Assembly (NCBI GenBank): GCA_005223085.1
Contig: NJBP01000004.1
Location: 855-64,854 of the forward strand
Direction: 5' to 3'
DNA from: Candidatus Aerophobetes bacterium Ae_b3b
GTDB taxonomy: Bacteria; Aerophobota; Aerophobia; Aerophobales; AE-B3A
DNA length: 64,000 bases
Position 1 is the first letter of the stretch. Each line of letters opens with the position of its first letter. The translations under genes and the position numbers were made by a program. Under the pieces are notes generated by a model. It was given only the letters and a program-made list of their open reading frames with translations. It searched no databases and was not told where the DNA came from. Of the stretch, positions 45,639-55,483 are shown in pieces.

Positions 45639-47152
45639 TGAGCTCTCGGGAATTGGTAATTGGAATAGATATTGGAACTTCTCAAGCCAAAGGAGGGGTA
45701 TTTGATCCCCAAGGCAGATGTCTGGGGAAGGCCTCCTTCTCGTATGCCATACATTCCCCACATCCTTCTTGGGATGAGGTTGACGCTGAGGACTGGTGGC
45801 AGGCGGTCTGTCACATAATCCACCAATCTCTTGCCACAGCCAGAGTGTCCAGCAGGGATATTGCTGCCATATCAGTCAGTAGCCTGCTACCCTGCTGCCT
45901 TCCGGTCGATCACCAGGGAAACCCCCTCCGTAGGGCCATTATCTGGCGCGATCGGCGCACCGATCAAGAGTGCGCTTGGATGGAGCAGCACATCGGAGGC
46001 GATGCCTGCTTCGAAATCTCCGGCAACCGTATTGACCATTATTTCTGGGGTCCTAAGGTGCTCTGGATAAAGCATCAGGAGCCAAAAATCTTTAAGAGAA
46101 CCTGGAAGCTGCTACAGGCTCACAGCTACATGGTGCTGAAGCTTTGTGGTGAAACGGTGACTGATTTCACCTGTGGCAATCTCTCTATACCCTTCTATGA
46201 TTACCGCAGGAAATGCTGGTCACCTGCAATGAGTGAGAAGATGGGGGTTCCCATTGAGATGCTGCCTGATTTAAGACCTTCACACATGGTGGTCGGTCGG
46301 GTGAGCACCAACGTAACCGGAGAAACTGGTCTTGATAGGGGTACCCTGGTAGTCACAGGGTGTGGAGACTTTGCTTCCTCAACCCTGGGAGCGGGCGTTT
46401 ATCGTCAGGGAGAGGCTTGCATGATGTTGGGAACCGCCGGAAACTTACTCATCCCTATGGATAACCCCAACTTCGATCCCCGTCTCATTAATTCTTCTCA
46501 TGCCTTGCCCAACCGGTACATAAGTTTTGCCACTTCTTATGCTGGTGGCTCACTTCAGTGGTTACGGCAGGTTCTGGCTGGATCAAGAAACGAATTTGAC
46601 ATCTCTTACCAACAGTTGGATTTGGAGGCCTCCCGCATCCCGCTAGGATCAGAGGGACTGCTGTTTCTCCCATTTCTTCCGGGAGAACTTACTATTAACT
46701 GGGACCGGACATCACGAGGTGTCTTCTTTGGCCTAACTCTGAATCACACCAGAGGACACCTCTACCGAGCTGTACTGGAATCGATTGGATATCGATACCG
46801 TCACATGCTAGAAATCATGGCCAGTCGCGGAATCAGGGTGAAAAAAGCAACCCTTATCAATGGCGGTGGAAAAAGTCCAGTTTGGCGACAAATTCTGGCC
46901 GACATTACCGGTATGCACCTTAATTACACGGAGTCAGAGGGAGCTCCCCTGGGAAACGCAGTATTGGCTGCCATGGGAGCCAAGCTCATCAAGAGTGGCG
47001 AGGAAGTAAAGAACTGGTTATCGATAAAGAGTGAAACTGAACCCGACCAGAGAGCTTATCGGTTATACAACGATTACTTTCAACTGTACAAAAGACTTTA
47101 TGAGCACCTGAAGGATGATTTTCAGGAACGCTATCGCTTTGTTGGCAGCTAA
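45638..47152 (+). CDS. FGGY-family carbohydrate kinase (paralog 1)
   Basis: Motifs LVIGIDIGTSQAKGGVFD...RRAIIWRDRRT...GGGKSPVWRQILADITG. Its start overlaps the upstream stop (TAATG). Confidence 0.85.
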   Translation: MSSRELVIGIDIGTSQAKGGVFDPQGRCLGKASFSYAIHSPHPSWDEVDAEDWWQAVCHIIHQSLATARVSSRDIAAISVSSLLPCCLPVDHQGNPLRRAIIWRDRRTDQECAWMEQHIGGDACFEISGNRIDHYFWGPKVLWIKHQEPKIFKRTWKLLQAHSYMVLKLCGETVTDFTCGNLSIPFYDYRRKCWSPAMSEKMGVPIEMLPDLRPSHMVVGRVSTNVTGETGLDRGTLVVTGCGDFASSTLGAGVYRQGEACMMLGTAGNLLIPMDNPNFDPRLINSSHALPNRYISFATSYAGGSLQWLRQVLAGSRNEFDISYQQLDLEASRIPLGSEGLLFLPFLPGELTINWDRTSRGVFFGLTLNHTRGHLYRAVLESIGYRYRHMLEIMASRGIRVKKATLINGGGKSPVWRQILADITGMHLNYTESEGAPLGNAVLAAMGAKLIKSGEEVKNWLSIKSETEPDQRAYRLYNDYFQLYKRLYEHLKDDFQERYRFVGS

Positions 47153-47173
47153 CAGAGGACGAGGAGTGGTGCG

Positions 47174-48706
47174 ATGGTTGTAATAGGATTGGATCTGGGA
47201 ACTACTGTCTGTAAAGCTGGGCTCTTCGATACCACAGGAAAACTTTTAAAACTGGTTAGAAGGGAATATCCGGTTACCAGTGATTATCCGGGGTGGGCTG
47301 AGCAGAATCCTGATATTGTTTGGAACACCATTCGAATGGTTTTGTCAGAGATCGCTGAAGATAAACAGTTAAACGATCCTATCAAGGCGATTTGCATCTC
47401 AGCTCAGGGTGAGGCAGTAGTCTTTCTCGATCAACGGGGCAGGCCCTTGCGTAATTCCATCCTCGGGATGGATATGAGATCGGTGGAGCAGGCAGAGCGT
47501 TTAAAAAGCAAGCTGGGAGCCGAATGGTTTTTAGAGACCCCCGGAGTTCCTCCTCATCCCCTCACTACAGTAGCCAAGATCCTCTGGGTTAAGGAACATG
47601 AGCCGGAGATTGCCCAAAAAACTGTTCGCTACCTTTGCTATGAGGATTTTGCCTTCTTCAAACTAGGCGACGTTCCCGCCATCGACTACTCCCTTGCTTG
47701 CCGGACTGGGCTTTTTGATATGAGAAAGAAAAAATGGTCAGCGAAGATATTGGATTATACCGGGATAAACGAAGATCAACTGGCCAACATCTACCCCTCG
47801 GGAGAGGCGATCGGCAAAATTAACCGAAAAATAGCTCATACTTTGGGCTTACCGACCGATATTCTACTGGTCACTGGCGGACACGATGTGACCTGTGCGG
47901 CTTTGGGAGCAGGTGCCATCAACAAGGGAGTGGGGGGAGATATTCTGGGGACGGCGGAAATTTTTGGCGTTACTGTGGAGAACAACTCAGTGGCGAAAGA
48001 AATAAAACCGAGTAACTTTGCCTGCTACTGTCACGTAGTTCCGAACAAGTTCTGGCTGATGACTTTGAATCACACCGGTGGGCTTCTCCTCAGGTGGTAT
48101 CGAGATAACTTTGGTGAGTCAGAGGTAAAGCTGTCTGAGAAAGAAGGAAAAGATGTCTTTGACTTAATAGTAAGTAAAAGTAAGCCCGACATTGCAGAAA
48201 GCATGATCCTTCCCCATTTTGTAGGCAGCGGCACTCCCTGGATAGATGCTCGTTCCAAAGGAGCAATAGTGGGTTTGAGCATTCACACCAACAAAGCCGA
48301 TATTATTCGAGCCATCCTGGAAGCCGTCATTTATGAGCAAAAGATAAGTATAGACATTTTTGAAAAATACGGAGTCGATATTAAAGAGATCAGAGCAGTG
48401 GGGGGAGGTAGTAAATCTCGGTTCTGGCTACAGATAAGGTCAGATATCCTGGGAAAAGCTGTTCTTACTTTGGAAACTGAGGAGGCTTCCTGCCTCGGAA
48501 CCGCCATTCTTGCCAACTATGCTCTGGGGAATTATCCCTCTATTGAGAACGGCGTCGAACAAATGGTGAAGATGAAGGACAGAATCGAACCGAACAAAAA
48601 ACTTTACTCCCGGTACCAGCAAAGATATCTTATTTACCAAGAGCTTTACCCAGCCCTCAAGAAGATCAATTATTCGCTTCAGCAAATAAGCTCCAGGGGA
48701 GGTTGA
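47174..48706 (+). CDS. FGGY-family carbohydrate kinase (paralog 2)
   Basis: Motifs VVIGLDLGTTVCKAGLFD...GGHDVTCAALGAG...VGGGSKSRFWLQIRSDILG. Confidence 0.85.
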   Translation: MVVIGLDLGTTVCKAGLFDTTGKLLKLVRREYPVTSDYPGWAEQNPDIVWNTIRMVLSEIAEDKQLNDPIKAICISAQGEAVVFLDQRGRPLRNSILGMDMRSVEQAERLKSKLGAEWFLETPGVPPHPLTTVAKILWVKEHEPEIAQKTVRYLCYEDFAFFKLGDVPAIDYSLACRTGLFDMRKKKWSAKILDYTGINEDQLANIYPSGEAIGKINRKIAHTLGLPTDILLVTGGHDVTCAALGAGAINKGVGGDILGTAEIFGVTVENNSVAKEIKPSNFACYCHVVPNKFWLMTLNHTGGLLLRWYRDNFGESEVKLSEKEGKDVFDLIVSKSKPDIAESMILPHFVGSGTPWIDARSKGAIVGLSIHTNKADIIRAILEAVIYEQKISIDIFEKYGVDIKEIRAVGGGSKSRFWLQIRSDILGKAVLTLETEEASCLGTAILANYALGNYPSIENGVEQMVKMKDRIEPNKKLYSRYQQRYLIYQELYPALKKINYSLQQISSRGG

Positions 48707-48710
48707 TAAA

Positions 48711-50018
48711 TTGGAACTGCTTTATCAAAAACTAAAATCTCTTCAAGAAAAAAAACAGCCTATAAAGGTGGGCCTGGTTGGATGCGGCCAGATGGGATCA
48801 GGAATGGTAAGTCTGGTAAGCCAGATGCCCGGATTAGAAGTTGCAGCCGTGGCCGAATTAGACCTGGAAAAAGCCAAAGGTGCTTATGAGACTGCTGGAA
48901 TTCCCGAGGGAAAAATTGCCGTTGTTGAGGACCCGGAAAAAGCGGAGGATCTCCTAGGTAGAGGCAAAGTCATCATCTGCAAAAATGCTTTGACTCTGGT
49001 TTCTATCCCTTCTCTTCAAGCAGTGGTGGAAGCTACTGGTATCCCTCGAGTCGGTGCCCAGATTGCTTTAGAATGCATCTTTCACCAAAAGCATGTAATT
49101 ATGCTGAATGTGGAAACCGAGGTGACGGTGGGTTGGATACTGAAAAAAATGGCTGATAAAACCAATGTTATCTACACCGTCTCGGCGGGAGACGAGCCGG
49201 GAGCCATAAAAGAGCTCTACAACTTCGCCTCTTCTTTAGGATTTTCGGTGGTGACCGCCGGGAAGGGTAAAAATAATCCCCTAGATTTGGATGCAACTCC
49301 TGATGAGTGCCAGGAAGAAGCCCTGAGAAAAGATATGAACCCCAAAATGCTAACTTCCTTTATAGACGGGACAAAAACAATGATTGAAATGGCTGCAGTG
49401 GCCAACGCCACTGGTCTCGTTCCCGACGTCCCGGGAATGCATGGTCCCAAAGTTGATGTCTCTGAACTCACTCAGGTATTAATACCCAAGAAAGACGGAG
49501 GTATATTGAGTAGAAGTGGGGTGGTTGACTACTCTATCGGCAAAGTGGCTCCGGGTGTTTTCCTGATAGTAACCACGGGTAAAGAAAGGGTAAGAAAAGA
49601 TTTAGGATTCTACGGCATGGGAGAAGGTCCCTATTACCTTCTTTACCGTCCTTATCATCTATGCAGTATAGAGACTCCTCTTTCCGTAGCTAGAGCGGTT
49701 CTTTTTAATGAACCCACCTTAAATTCAGAACAAAGAGTAGCTGAAGTGGTAACGGTAGCCAAGCAGAATCTAGATGTCGGAGTCACCATTGATGGAATAG
49801 GGGGCTACCATGTGCTTGGACGAATCTATCCAGCGCAAGAAGCAAGAAAAAAAAATCTTTTACCTTTAGGACTAGCTGAAGGAGGCAGAGTCAAGATAAG
49901 AGTCGCCAAAGGGGAATACATCACTATGGATATGGTTGAGCCAGAAACGGAATCGACCGTTTACCAGCTTTGGAAATTACAGGAAAGCCTCTGGCAATCC
50001 GAGCTTAAGAGTAAATAA
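48711..50018 (+). CDS. NAD(P)-binding oxidoreductase with C-terminal SAF domain (COG4091 'homoserine dehydrogenase-like' family)
   Basis: TTG start, a Rossmann motif VGLVGCGQMGSG, and a C-terminal SAF-like beta-clip (...VAKQNLDVGVTIDGIGGYHVLGRI...). Confidence 0.65.
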   Translation: MELLYQKLKSLQEKKQPIKVGLVGCGQMGSGMVSLVSQMPGLEVAAVAELDLEKAKGAYETAGIPEGKIAVVEDPEKAEDLLGRGKVIICKNALTLVSIPSLQAVVEATGIPRVGAQIALECIFHQKHVIMLNVETEVTVGWILKKMADKTNVIYTVSAGDEPGAIKELYNFASSLGFSVVTAGKGKNNPLDLDATPDECQEEALRKDMNPKMLTSFIDGTKTMIEMAAVANATGLVPDVPGMHGPKVDVSELTQVLIPKKDGGILSRSGVVDYSIGKVAPGVFLIVTTGKERVRKDLGFYGMGEGPYYLLYRPYHLCSIETPLSVARAVLFNEPTLNSEQRVAEVVTVAKQNLDVGVTIDGIGGYHVLGRIYPAQEARKKNLLPLGLAEGGRVKIRVAKGEYITMDMVEPETESTVYQLWKLQESLWQSELKSK

Positions 50019-50046
50019 GTAAGACCGGGCTAAAAAGGAAGGTAGG

Positions 50047-50679
50047 TTGAATTTAGAAAAAGTAGAGGTGGTCCCAAGCAGGATGCTGCGGGTGAGGATA
50101 CCGCAAGAACAGGGAGTAAGATCGGTCTTTTGCCGGACAGAATCAGGGACTGCCGGGACAGGTAAGCCAATGCCGAAAAAGCTAGAATCTGAAGAAGGCG
50201 AGAAATACCACTTTGCTGTGGGAAGCGATCATGCCGGGTTCTCTCTAAAGGAGAGGATCAAAGAGTACCTCTGTGGAGAAGGAAGAGCTGTCCTGGATGT
50301 AGGTATCCATACTTTGAGGAGTGTCGGCACCGGGCCCGTAGCCGAGAAAGTGGGACGTCTGGTGGCCAAGGGGAAATGCGAAAAGGGTATTTTGGTTTGT
50401 GGAACCGGTATTGGTATGGCAATGGGAGCAAATAAAGTCTTCGGTATCAGAGCAGCCCTCTGTTACAACCAGTTTACTGCCTCTTATGCCAAGCGCCACA
50501 ATGATGCCAACGTAATTTGCCTGGGAGCCCGGGTTCTGGGGGAAGAACTGGCCATTGAGTGTGTCAGGACCTGGTTAAGGGAAGAATTTCTGAGGGATAA
50601 ATACGCCCAGCGCCTTGCCTATCTAGATGTTATTGAAAATCATTCCTGCCGGAATAAACTAGCAAAAAAGGGAGAGTGA
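50047..50679 (+). CDS. RpiB/LacA/LacB-family sugar-phosphate isomerase
   Basis: The core FAVGSDHAGFSLKERI...GILVCGTGIGMAMGANKV.GIRAA......A...R.HNDANV.CLGARV is typical. Family members usually begin near the GSDHAG motif, so the true start may be the ATG at 50170. Confidence 0.8.
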   Translation: MNLEKVEVVPSRMLRVRIPQEQGVRSVFCRTESGTAGTGKPMPKKLESEEGEKYHFAVGSDHAGFSLKERIKEYLCGEGRAVLDVGIHTLRSVGTGPVAEKVGRLVAKGKCEKGILVCGTGIGMAMGANKVFGIRAALCYNQFTASYAKRHNDANVICLGARVLGEELAIECVRTWLREEFLRDKYAQRLAYLDVIENHSCRNKLAKKGE

Positions 50680-50682
50680 ACT

Positions 50683-51720
50683 TTGAAAGCGTTAGTATAT
50701 CATGCCATCCAAGACTTTCGCATTGAAGAGATTGAAAAACCCGCCTGTCCACCAGAAGGCTTACTTCTAAAAGTTAAAGCTTGTGGTTTGTGTGGAGGAG
50801 ATGTTCGCACATACTTTGGGGGTCACAAAAGTGTCACTCCTCCCTGGATTATCGGCCATGAGATTGCGGGAATAGTAGAAGAAGTGGGCGATCAAACTAA
50901 AGGTTTCCATAAGGGAAATCGTCTGGCGGTAGCTCCTGTCGTTTACTGCGGTAAGTGCCCCTTTTGCCTCGAGGGGAAACATTATCTTTGCCAGAATGTC
51001 AAGGAAATTGCTCAGCATTGGCCAGGAGGATTTGCTGAATTTATGGCTATTCCGGAAGATGCTTTGAAATTGGGAAATGTTAATGTCATTCCTCAAGGTC
51101 TTTCCTTTGAAGAAGCTGCCATTTCCGAGCCTCCATCTTCGTGCCTTAATGCGCAGGATCGTGCTCAAGTTGGAATGGGAGATAGCGTGGTTATCATCGG
51201 AGCAGGGCCGGTCGGCTGTTTTCACTGTGAAATTGCCCGTATTCGTGGCGCTCTAAAGATTGTTATGGTAGATTTGTTGAATGAACGGCTAAAACTGGCC
51301 GAGCGATTTAGCCCCGATCTTCTTCTTGAGAGTAGTGACTCTGGATATCTTAAGAAGTTGAATGATGAAACAGAAGGTTTGGGGGCAGATGTCGTTATTG
51401 TGGCCTGCTCTTCCACCAAAGCCCAGCAGGATGCGCTAGAAATTGCCAGAAACGGAGGCAGAGTCATCTTTTTTGGAGGGCTTGCTCCGGGGAAAAGTTC
51501 CTCCAGCCTTGATGCTAACCTGCTCCATTACAAGAATCTGCAGATTTTTGGTGCCTACAGTTTTTCTCCTGAGCATCATCGGCTTTCTTTGAAGCTAATA
51601 TCTAAAGGAAAAATAGATGCCAAAAAGTATATCACTCATGTTATTCCCCTGGAGAACATCATTGAAGGCATTAAGGCGGTGAAGGAAGGGATAGTTTTAA
51701 AAGTAGTGGTCAGGATTTAG
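50683..51720 (+). CDS. Zn-dependent medium-chain alcohol/polyol dehydrogenase
   Basis: TTG start. Motifs CGLCGGDV, GHEIAGIV, the structural Zn Cys cluster CGKCPFCLEGKHYLC, and the Rossmann GAGPVG. Confidence 0.85.
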   Translation: MKALVYHAIQDFRIEEIEKPACPPEGLLLKVKACGLCGGDVRTYFGGHKSVTPPWIIGHEIAGIVEEVGDQTKGFHKGNRLAVAPVVYCGKCPFCLEGKHYLCQNVKEIAQHWPGGFAEFMAIPEDALKLGNVNVIPQGLSFEEAAISEPPSSCLNAQDRAQVGMGDSVVIIGAGPVGCFHCEIARIRGALKIVMVDLLNERLKLAERFSPDLLLESSDSGYLKKLNDETEGLGADVVIVACSSTKAQQDALEIARNGGRVIFFGGLAPGKSSSSLDANLLHYKNLQIFGAYSFSPEHHRLSLKLISKGKIDAKKYITHVIPLENIIEGIKAVKEGIVLKVVVRI

Positions 51721-52907
51721 GCGTTTAACTTGCCCATCTTTACTCTACCCATTAACAAAAAGCTGGCAAAAATTGTAATAAAGGCGACAAGAAAGGCATA
51801 TTTTATCCCGATTAGGTACATTAAGGCTATGCCTACAAAAGGAGCTGTTATTCCCCTGACGCCCATAAGGCTATAGTCAATCCCCCAGTAGGACCCAATT
51901 TCTTTCTCCCTGGCTGCCTTGGTTATATAATTAAGTCTTGCCAGCTCCACACCTCCCGTGGTAGCACCGGAAAATACCGTTGCTATTGCCACCAGATAAA
52001 TATCAGAGCTCAGAAAATAAAGAAGGGGAACGAAACTGGTCAATATAAAAATACGGTGAAGGGCGGCCAGAGGACCTTTCTTGTCGATGTAGTGGCCCCA
52101 AAGAAGATAAGAGATCAGCCAGAAGGCCGAAAAAAGAGCCCCCAATTTTCCCGCATCAGCATTGGAAACACGAAGAGTATCTACCAGGAAAATTGGATAA
52201 AGTGGCATAGCAATGAGATTGCCGAAACCGAAGATAAAAAAGGTAGAAATATAGCGAAGAAAGCTTTTATCTTTTTGAAAAATATCCCTTATCTTAAGTA
52301 GAGAAAAACGCTCATTACTAGATTTTGAATTTTCATCACTTTTAACTCTAATTTTACCAAAAAAGTGAAGAGAAAAAATTCCCACCGCTGCACCTAAAGG
52401 AAAGACATATCGATAACTGATTTGATCAAGCAAAAAACCGCCTCCATAGGTTGCTATAATGGCAGCCAGAGCGAGCTCCACCCGGACATAACCCATAAGC
52501 TTTGCTCGATCTTCATCCGGGTAAATATCCTTCATTATTCTGGTGTAGGCTGGGGTCCCAGCATACTCAAAAATCCAGTAAAGAAGGATAATCACCAGAA
52601 AGATTTCTGGCTTAAAGGCAAAAAATGTTAAAAAAAGAGAACATCGAGCGAGGATTTTCACACCGATCACCCAGGGCATTTTCTTTCTTTTTCCTGAGAT
52701 GTGTGCCCAGTAAAACGTAAACAGAGCTCCAACGAAGGGAATGGCGGTAAGAAAAGCCATCTGGCCCGAAGTAGCCCCGATTTTTCTGGCAATTATAGGA
52801 AAGAAAGCAATGGTCAGTCCATAGAAAATTCCGTAGAGGAAACCTCCCGTAGAATCATAATAATAAGTCACTCTTATCCAGGATGGGACTCTTCTATTAA
52901 AAAACAA
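51717..52907 (-). CDS. MFS transporter
   Basis: 396 aa and about 12 predicted TM segments. Convergent with the Zn-ADH gene and overlapping it by 4 nt. Confidence 0.7.
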   Translation of the reverse strand: MFFNRRVPSWIRVTYYYDSTGGFLYGIFYGLTIAFFPIIARKIGATSGQMAFLTAIPFVGALFTFYWAHISGKRKKMPWVIGVKILARCSLFLTFFAFKPEIFLVIILLYWIFEYAGTPAYTRIMKDIYPDEDRAKLMGYVRVELALAAIIATYGGGFLLDQISYRYVFPLGAAVGIFSLHFFGKIRVKSDENSKSSNERFSLLKIRDIFQKDKSFLRYISTFFIFGFGNLIAMPLYPIFLVDTLRVSNADAGKLGALFSAFWLISYLLWGHYIDKKGPLAALHRIFILTSFVPLLYFLSSDIYLVAIATVFSGATTGGVELARLNYITKAAREKEIGSYWGIDYSLMGVRGITAPFVGIALMYLIGIKYAFLVAFITIFASFLLMGRVKMGKLNA

Positions 52908-52975
52908 AAGCTTTTTCCTTTCTTGGCTGAAATTCTCTAACTTTTTTTATCATGACCTCGAAGTGAGGTTGGTAG

Positions 52976-54163
52976 TTAAAGGCGAGAAAAAACGGTATCC
53001 AGAATCTTTACTGCCTCATCTATATCTCTTTCCTCAATAATTAAAGGAGGGAGAAAGCGAAGGATTTTTTCCATCGTACAGTTAATCAAAAGACCCCTGT
53101 CACGACACCTGTTGACAATATCTTTACCGGGAAACCCCAGTTCAAGTCCAATCATCAATCCCTTACCCCTCATAGCTTTAATGAAGGAATATTTTTTCTT
53201 TAGTTCCTCCAACCCAACCCGAAAGTAGTTTCCCCTCTCTCGAGCCTTTTCAACTAGATTTTCTTTTCTCACCACTTTCAGGAAGGCCAGGGCAGCCGAG
53301 CAAGCTAGAGGATTACCGCCAAAGGTAGAGGCATGAGTTCCCGGCTCAAACGCAGAAGCAACCTTCTCTTTAGCCAGAGTTGCCCCTATAGGCATTCCTC
53401 CACCCAGGGGTTTAGCCAGAGTCATCACATCCGGCTCAATCCCGTAGTGCTGGTAGGCAAACATCTTACCTGTCCTCCCCAGACCACATTGAACCTCGTC
53501 TAAGATTAACAGAATCTCCTCTTTATGGCAGAACTGGCGAAGCTCACGTAGAAAGGTCTCTGAGGCTACATTTATCCCTCCCTCTCCCTGAATAGGCTCC
53601 AGCATTACCGCACAGGTTTTAGAAGAGATCGCTTTTTTAACTCCTTTTAGATCGTTGAAAGGGGCGTACTTGAATCCGGGAAGAAAAGGACCAAAACCAT
53701 TTTGATATTTTGTCTGAGCAGTGGCTTTTAGGGTGGCCAGAGTCCTTCCGTGAAAGGAACCTTTCATAGTAATTATCTCATATCTTCTTCCGCCCAGCTT
53801 GCTACCAAACCTTCGAGCCAATTTAATGGCAGCCTCATTAGCCTCAGCCCCAGAATTAGAAAAAAATACCTTATCAGCAAAAGAGACCTCGCATAGGGCC
53901 TCGGCCAATTTAGTCTGAGGGTTAATATGATAAAGATTAGAGCAGTGAAGAAGTCTCTTGAGTTGACTTTCAACAGCTTTAACTATTTCTGGATGGCAGT
54001 GTCCTACAGCATTTACCCCGATACCAGAGATAAAGTCAAGATACTCTTTTCCATCACTGTCCCAAATCCTTACCCCTTCACCTCTTTCCATGGCTATAGG
54101 GATACGGGAATAGGTATGCATCACATATTTTTTGTCCAGTCTCACAACTCTTCGATTGTTCAT
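52976..54163 (-). CDS. argD: class III PLP aminotransferase, acetylornithine aminotransferase-like
   Basis: Motifs ...GEGVRIWDSDGKEYLDFISGIGVNAVGHCHPEIV...SNSGAEANEAAIKLAR...DEVQCGLGRTGK...TFGGNPLA. Confidence 0.7.
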   Translation of the reverse strand: MNNRRVVRLDKKYVMHTYSRIPIAMERGEGVRIWDSDGKEYLDFISGIGVNAVGHCHPEIVKAVESQLKRLLHCSNLYHINPQTKLAEALCEVSFADKVFFSNSGAEANEAAIKLARRFGSKLGGRRYEIITMKGSFHGRTLATLKATAQTKYQNGFGPFLPGFKYAPFNDLKGVKKAISSKTCAVMLEPIQGEGGINVASETFLRELRQFCHKEEILLILDEVQCGLGRTGKMFAYQHYGIEPDVMTLAKPLGGGMPIGATLAKEKVASAFEPGTHASTFGGNPLACSAALAFLKVVRKENLVEKARERGNYFRVGLEELKKKYSFIKAMRGKGLMIGLELGFPGKDIVNRCRDRGLLINCTMEKILRFLPPLIIEERDIDEAVKILDTVFSRL

Positions 54164-54164
54164 T

Positions 54165-55472
54165 TTAAGCCTGCCTCTGGCTAACCTGAAATTTACCCAA
54201 TTTCATTAGATGTACCAGGGGAATCTTGGATGGACAGACATAGGCACAGCAGCCGCATTCAATGCAATCCATAACCCCATAATCTTTTAGACTATCCCAT
54301 CTTTCTGCCTTTACCAGACGAGCAAGGATGGTAGGAACAAGACCCATGGGGCAGTGGTCTATACAGCGGGCACACTTAATACAAGGCTCTTCCTCTCTGG
54401 CCACAGCTTCCGATTCGGTCAAAACCAGGATTCCAGATGTTCCCTTGATCACGGGAACATCTAGGGTATATTGGGATAACCCCATCATGGGGCCACCCAT
54501 AATCACTTTGCTGGCGTTCTCTTTCAATCCTCCACATTCCTCAACTACACAAGAAAAAGGGGTTCCCAGAGGAACCCAGAGATTAGCCGGCTGGCTCACC
54601 CCGGAACCAGTGATGGTAACTACCCTTTCTAAAAGAGGCTTACCCCATTTTATGGCTTCAGCAATGGCTAGGGCTGTGCCCACATTACTCACCACCACCC
54701 CCACATCAAGAGGGAGTCCACCCGAGGGAACCTCACGATTAAGAATTGCCTTAATGAGCATCTTCTCTCCCCCCTGGGGATACTTCGTTTTTAAAGGAAC
54801 CACTTGAATATTTCCCTTGGCTTTCAATTTTTCTCTCATCAAGGCTATAGCATCGCCCTTATTGCTTTCAATTCCCACATAACCTCTGGTAGCGCCAGTT
54901 ACCTTGATAATCAGCCTTAAACCATACAAACAATCATCGGCTCTTTCCAGCATAAGACGGTGATCTCCAGTAAGATAAGGTTCACACTCACAGCCATTTA
55001 AGATTATGGTATCTATGGGTTTATTCTCGGGAGGGCTGAGTTTGACATGGGTAGGGAAAGCAGCCCCTCCTAATCCTACTATTCCAGCCTCCCGGATGAT
55101 TTTTCTAATCTCTTTAGCCTCTAAAGATCTTGAACTGACTTCCCCTTTCTCCCAGACCTTTCTCCCATTGCCATTCCCCTCAATAATTATGGCCTCACCC
55201 TCACCTCCCACCGGGTGGGGAAGCTTCTCAATAGAGCTAACCTTTCCTGATATACTGGCGTGAATGGGACTGGAAATGAAAGAGTCGGCATCGGCGATTT
55301 TTTGGCCTTCTTCTACCAGGTCCCCTACTTTGACCAATGGTATGCCGGGAGCACCTGTATGCTGACTCAAGGGAAGGATAACCCGGGGAGGAGAAGAAAT
55401 CTTTTTTATCTTTTTATCTTCACTTAATTCCTTCTTCTCCACCAAATGAAGTCCCTGCCTGAAAGTCTTCAT
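54165..55472 (-). CDS. RnfC/PduS-like flavo-iron-sulfur protein (stand-alone)
   Basis: RnfC-type N-terminus (MKTFRQGLHL...LSQHTGAPG...), an SLBB/NADH-binding region GGAAFPTHVKL, and two 4Fe-4S motifs CIKCARCIDHCP and CIECGCCAYVCP. The ATG at 55472 has AGGAGAG upstream. Confidence 0.8.
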   Translation of the reverse strand: MKTFRQGLHLVEKKELSEDKKIKKISSPPRVILPLSQHTGAPGIPLVKVGDLVEEGQKIADADSFISSPIHASISGKVSSIEKLPHPVGGEGEAIIIEGNGNGRKVWEKGEVSSRSLEAKEIRKIIREAGIVGLGGAAFPTHVKLSPPENKPIDTIILNGCECEPYLTGDHRLMLERADDCLYGLRLIIKVTGATRGYVGIESNKGDAIALMREKLKAKGNIQVVPLKTKYPQGGEKMLIKAILNREVPSGGLPLDVGVVVSNVGTALAIAEAIKWGKPLLERVVTITGSGVSQPANLWVPLGTPFSCVVEECGGLKENASKVIMGGPMMGLSQYTLDVPVIKGTSGILVLTESEAVAREEEPCIKCARCIDHCPMGLVPTILARLVKAERWDSLKDYGVMDCIECGCCAYVCPSKIPLVHLMKLGKFQVSQRQA

Positions 55473-55483
55473 CCTCACCTCTC

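Noticed and set aside
54165-55472. An Rnf ion-translocating complex.
   Set aside because: Only the RnfC-like subunit is present. No membrane subunits (RnfD/E/A/G) or RnfB are adjacent.
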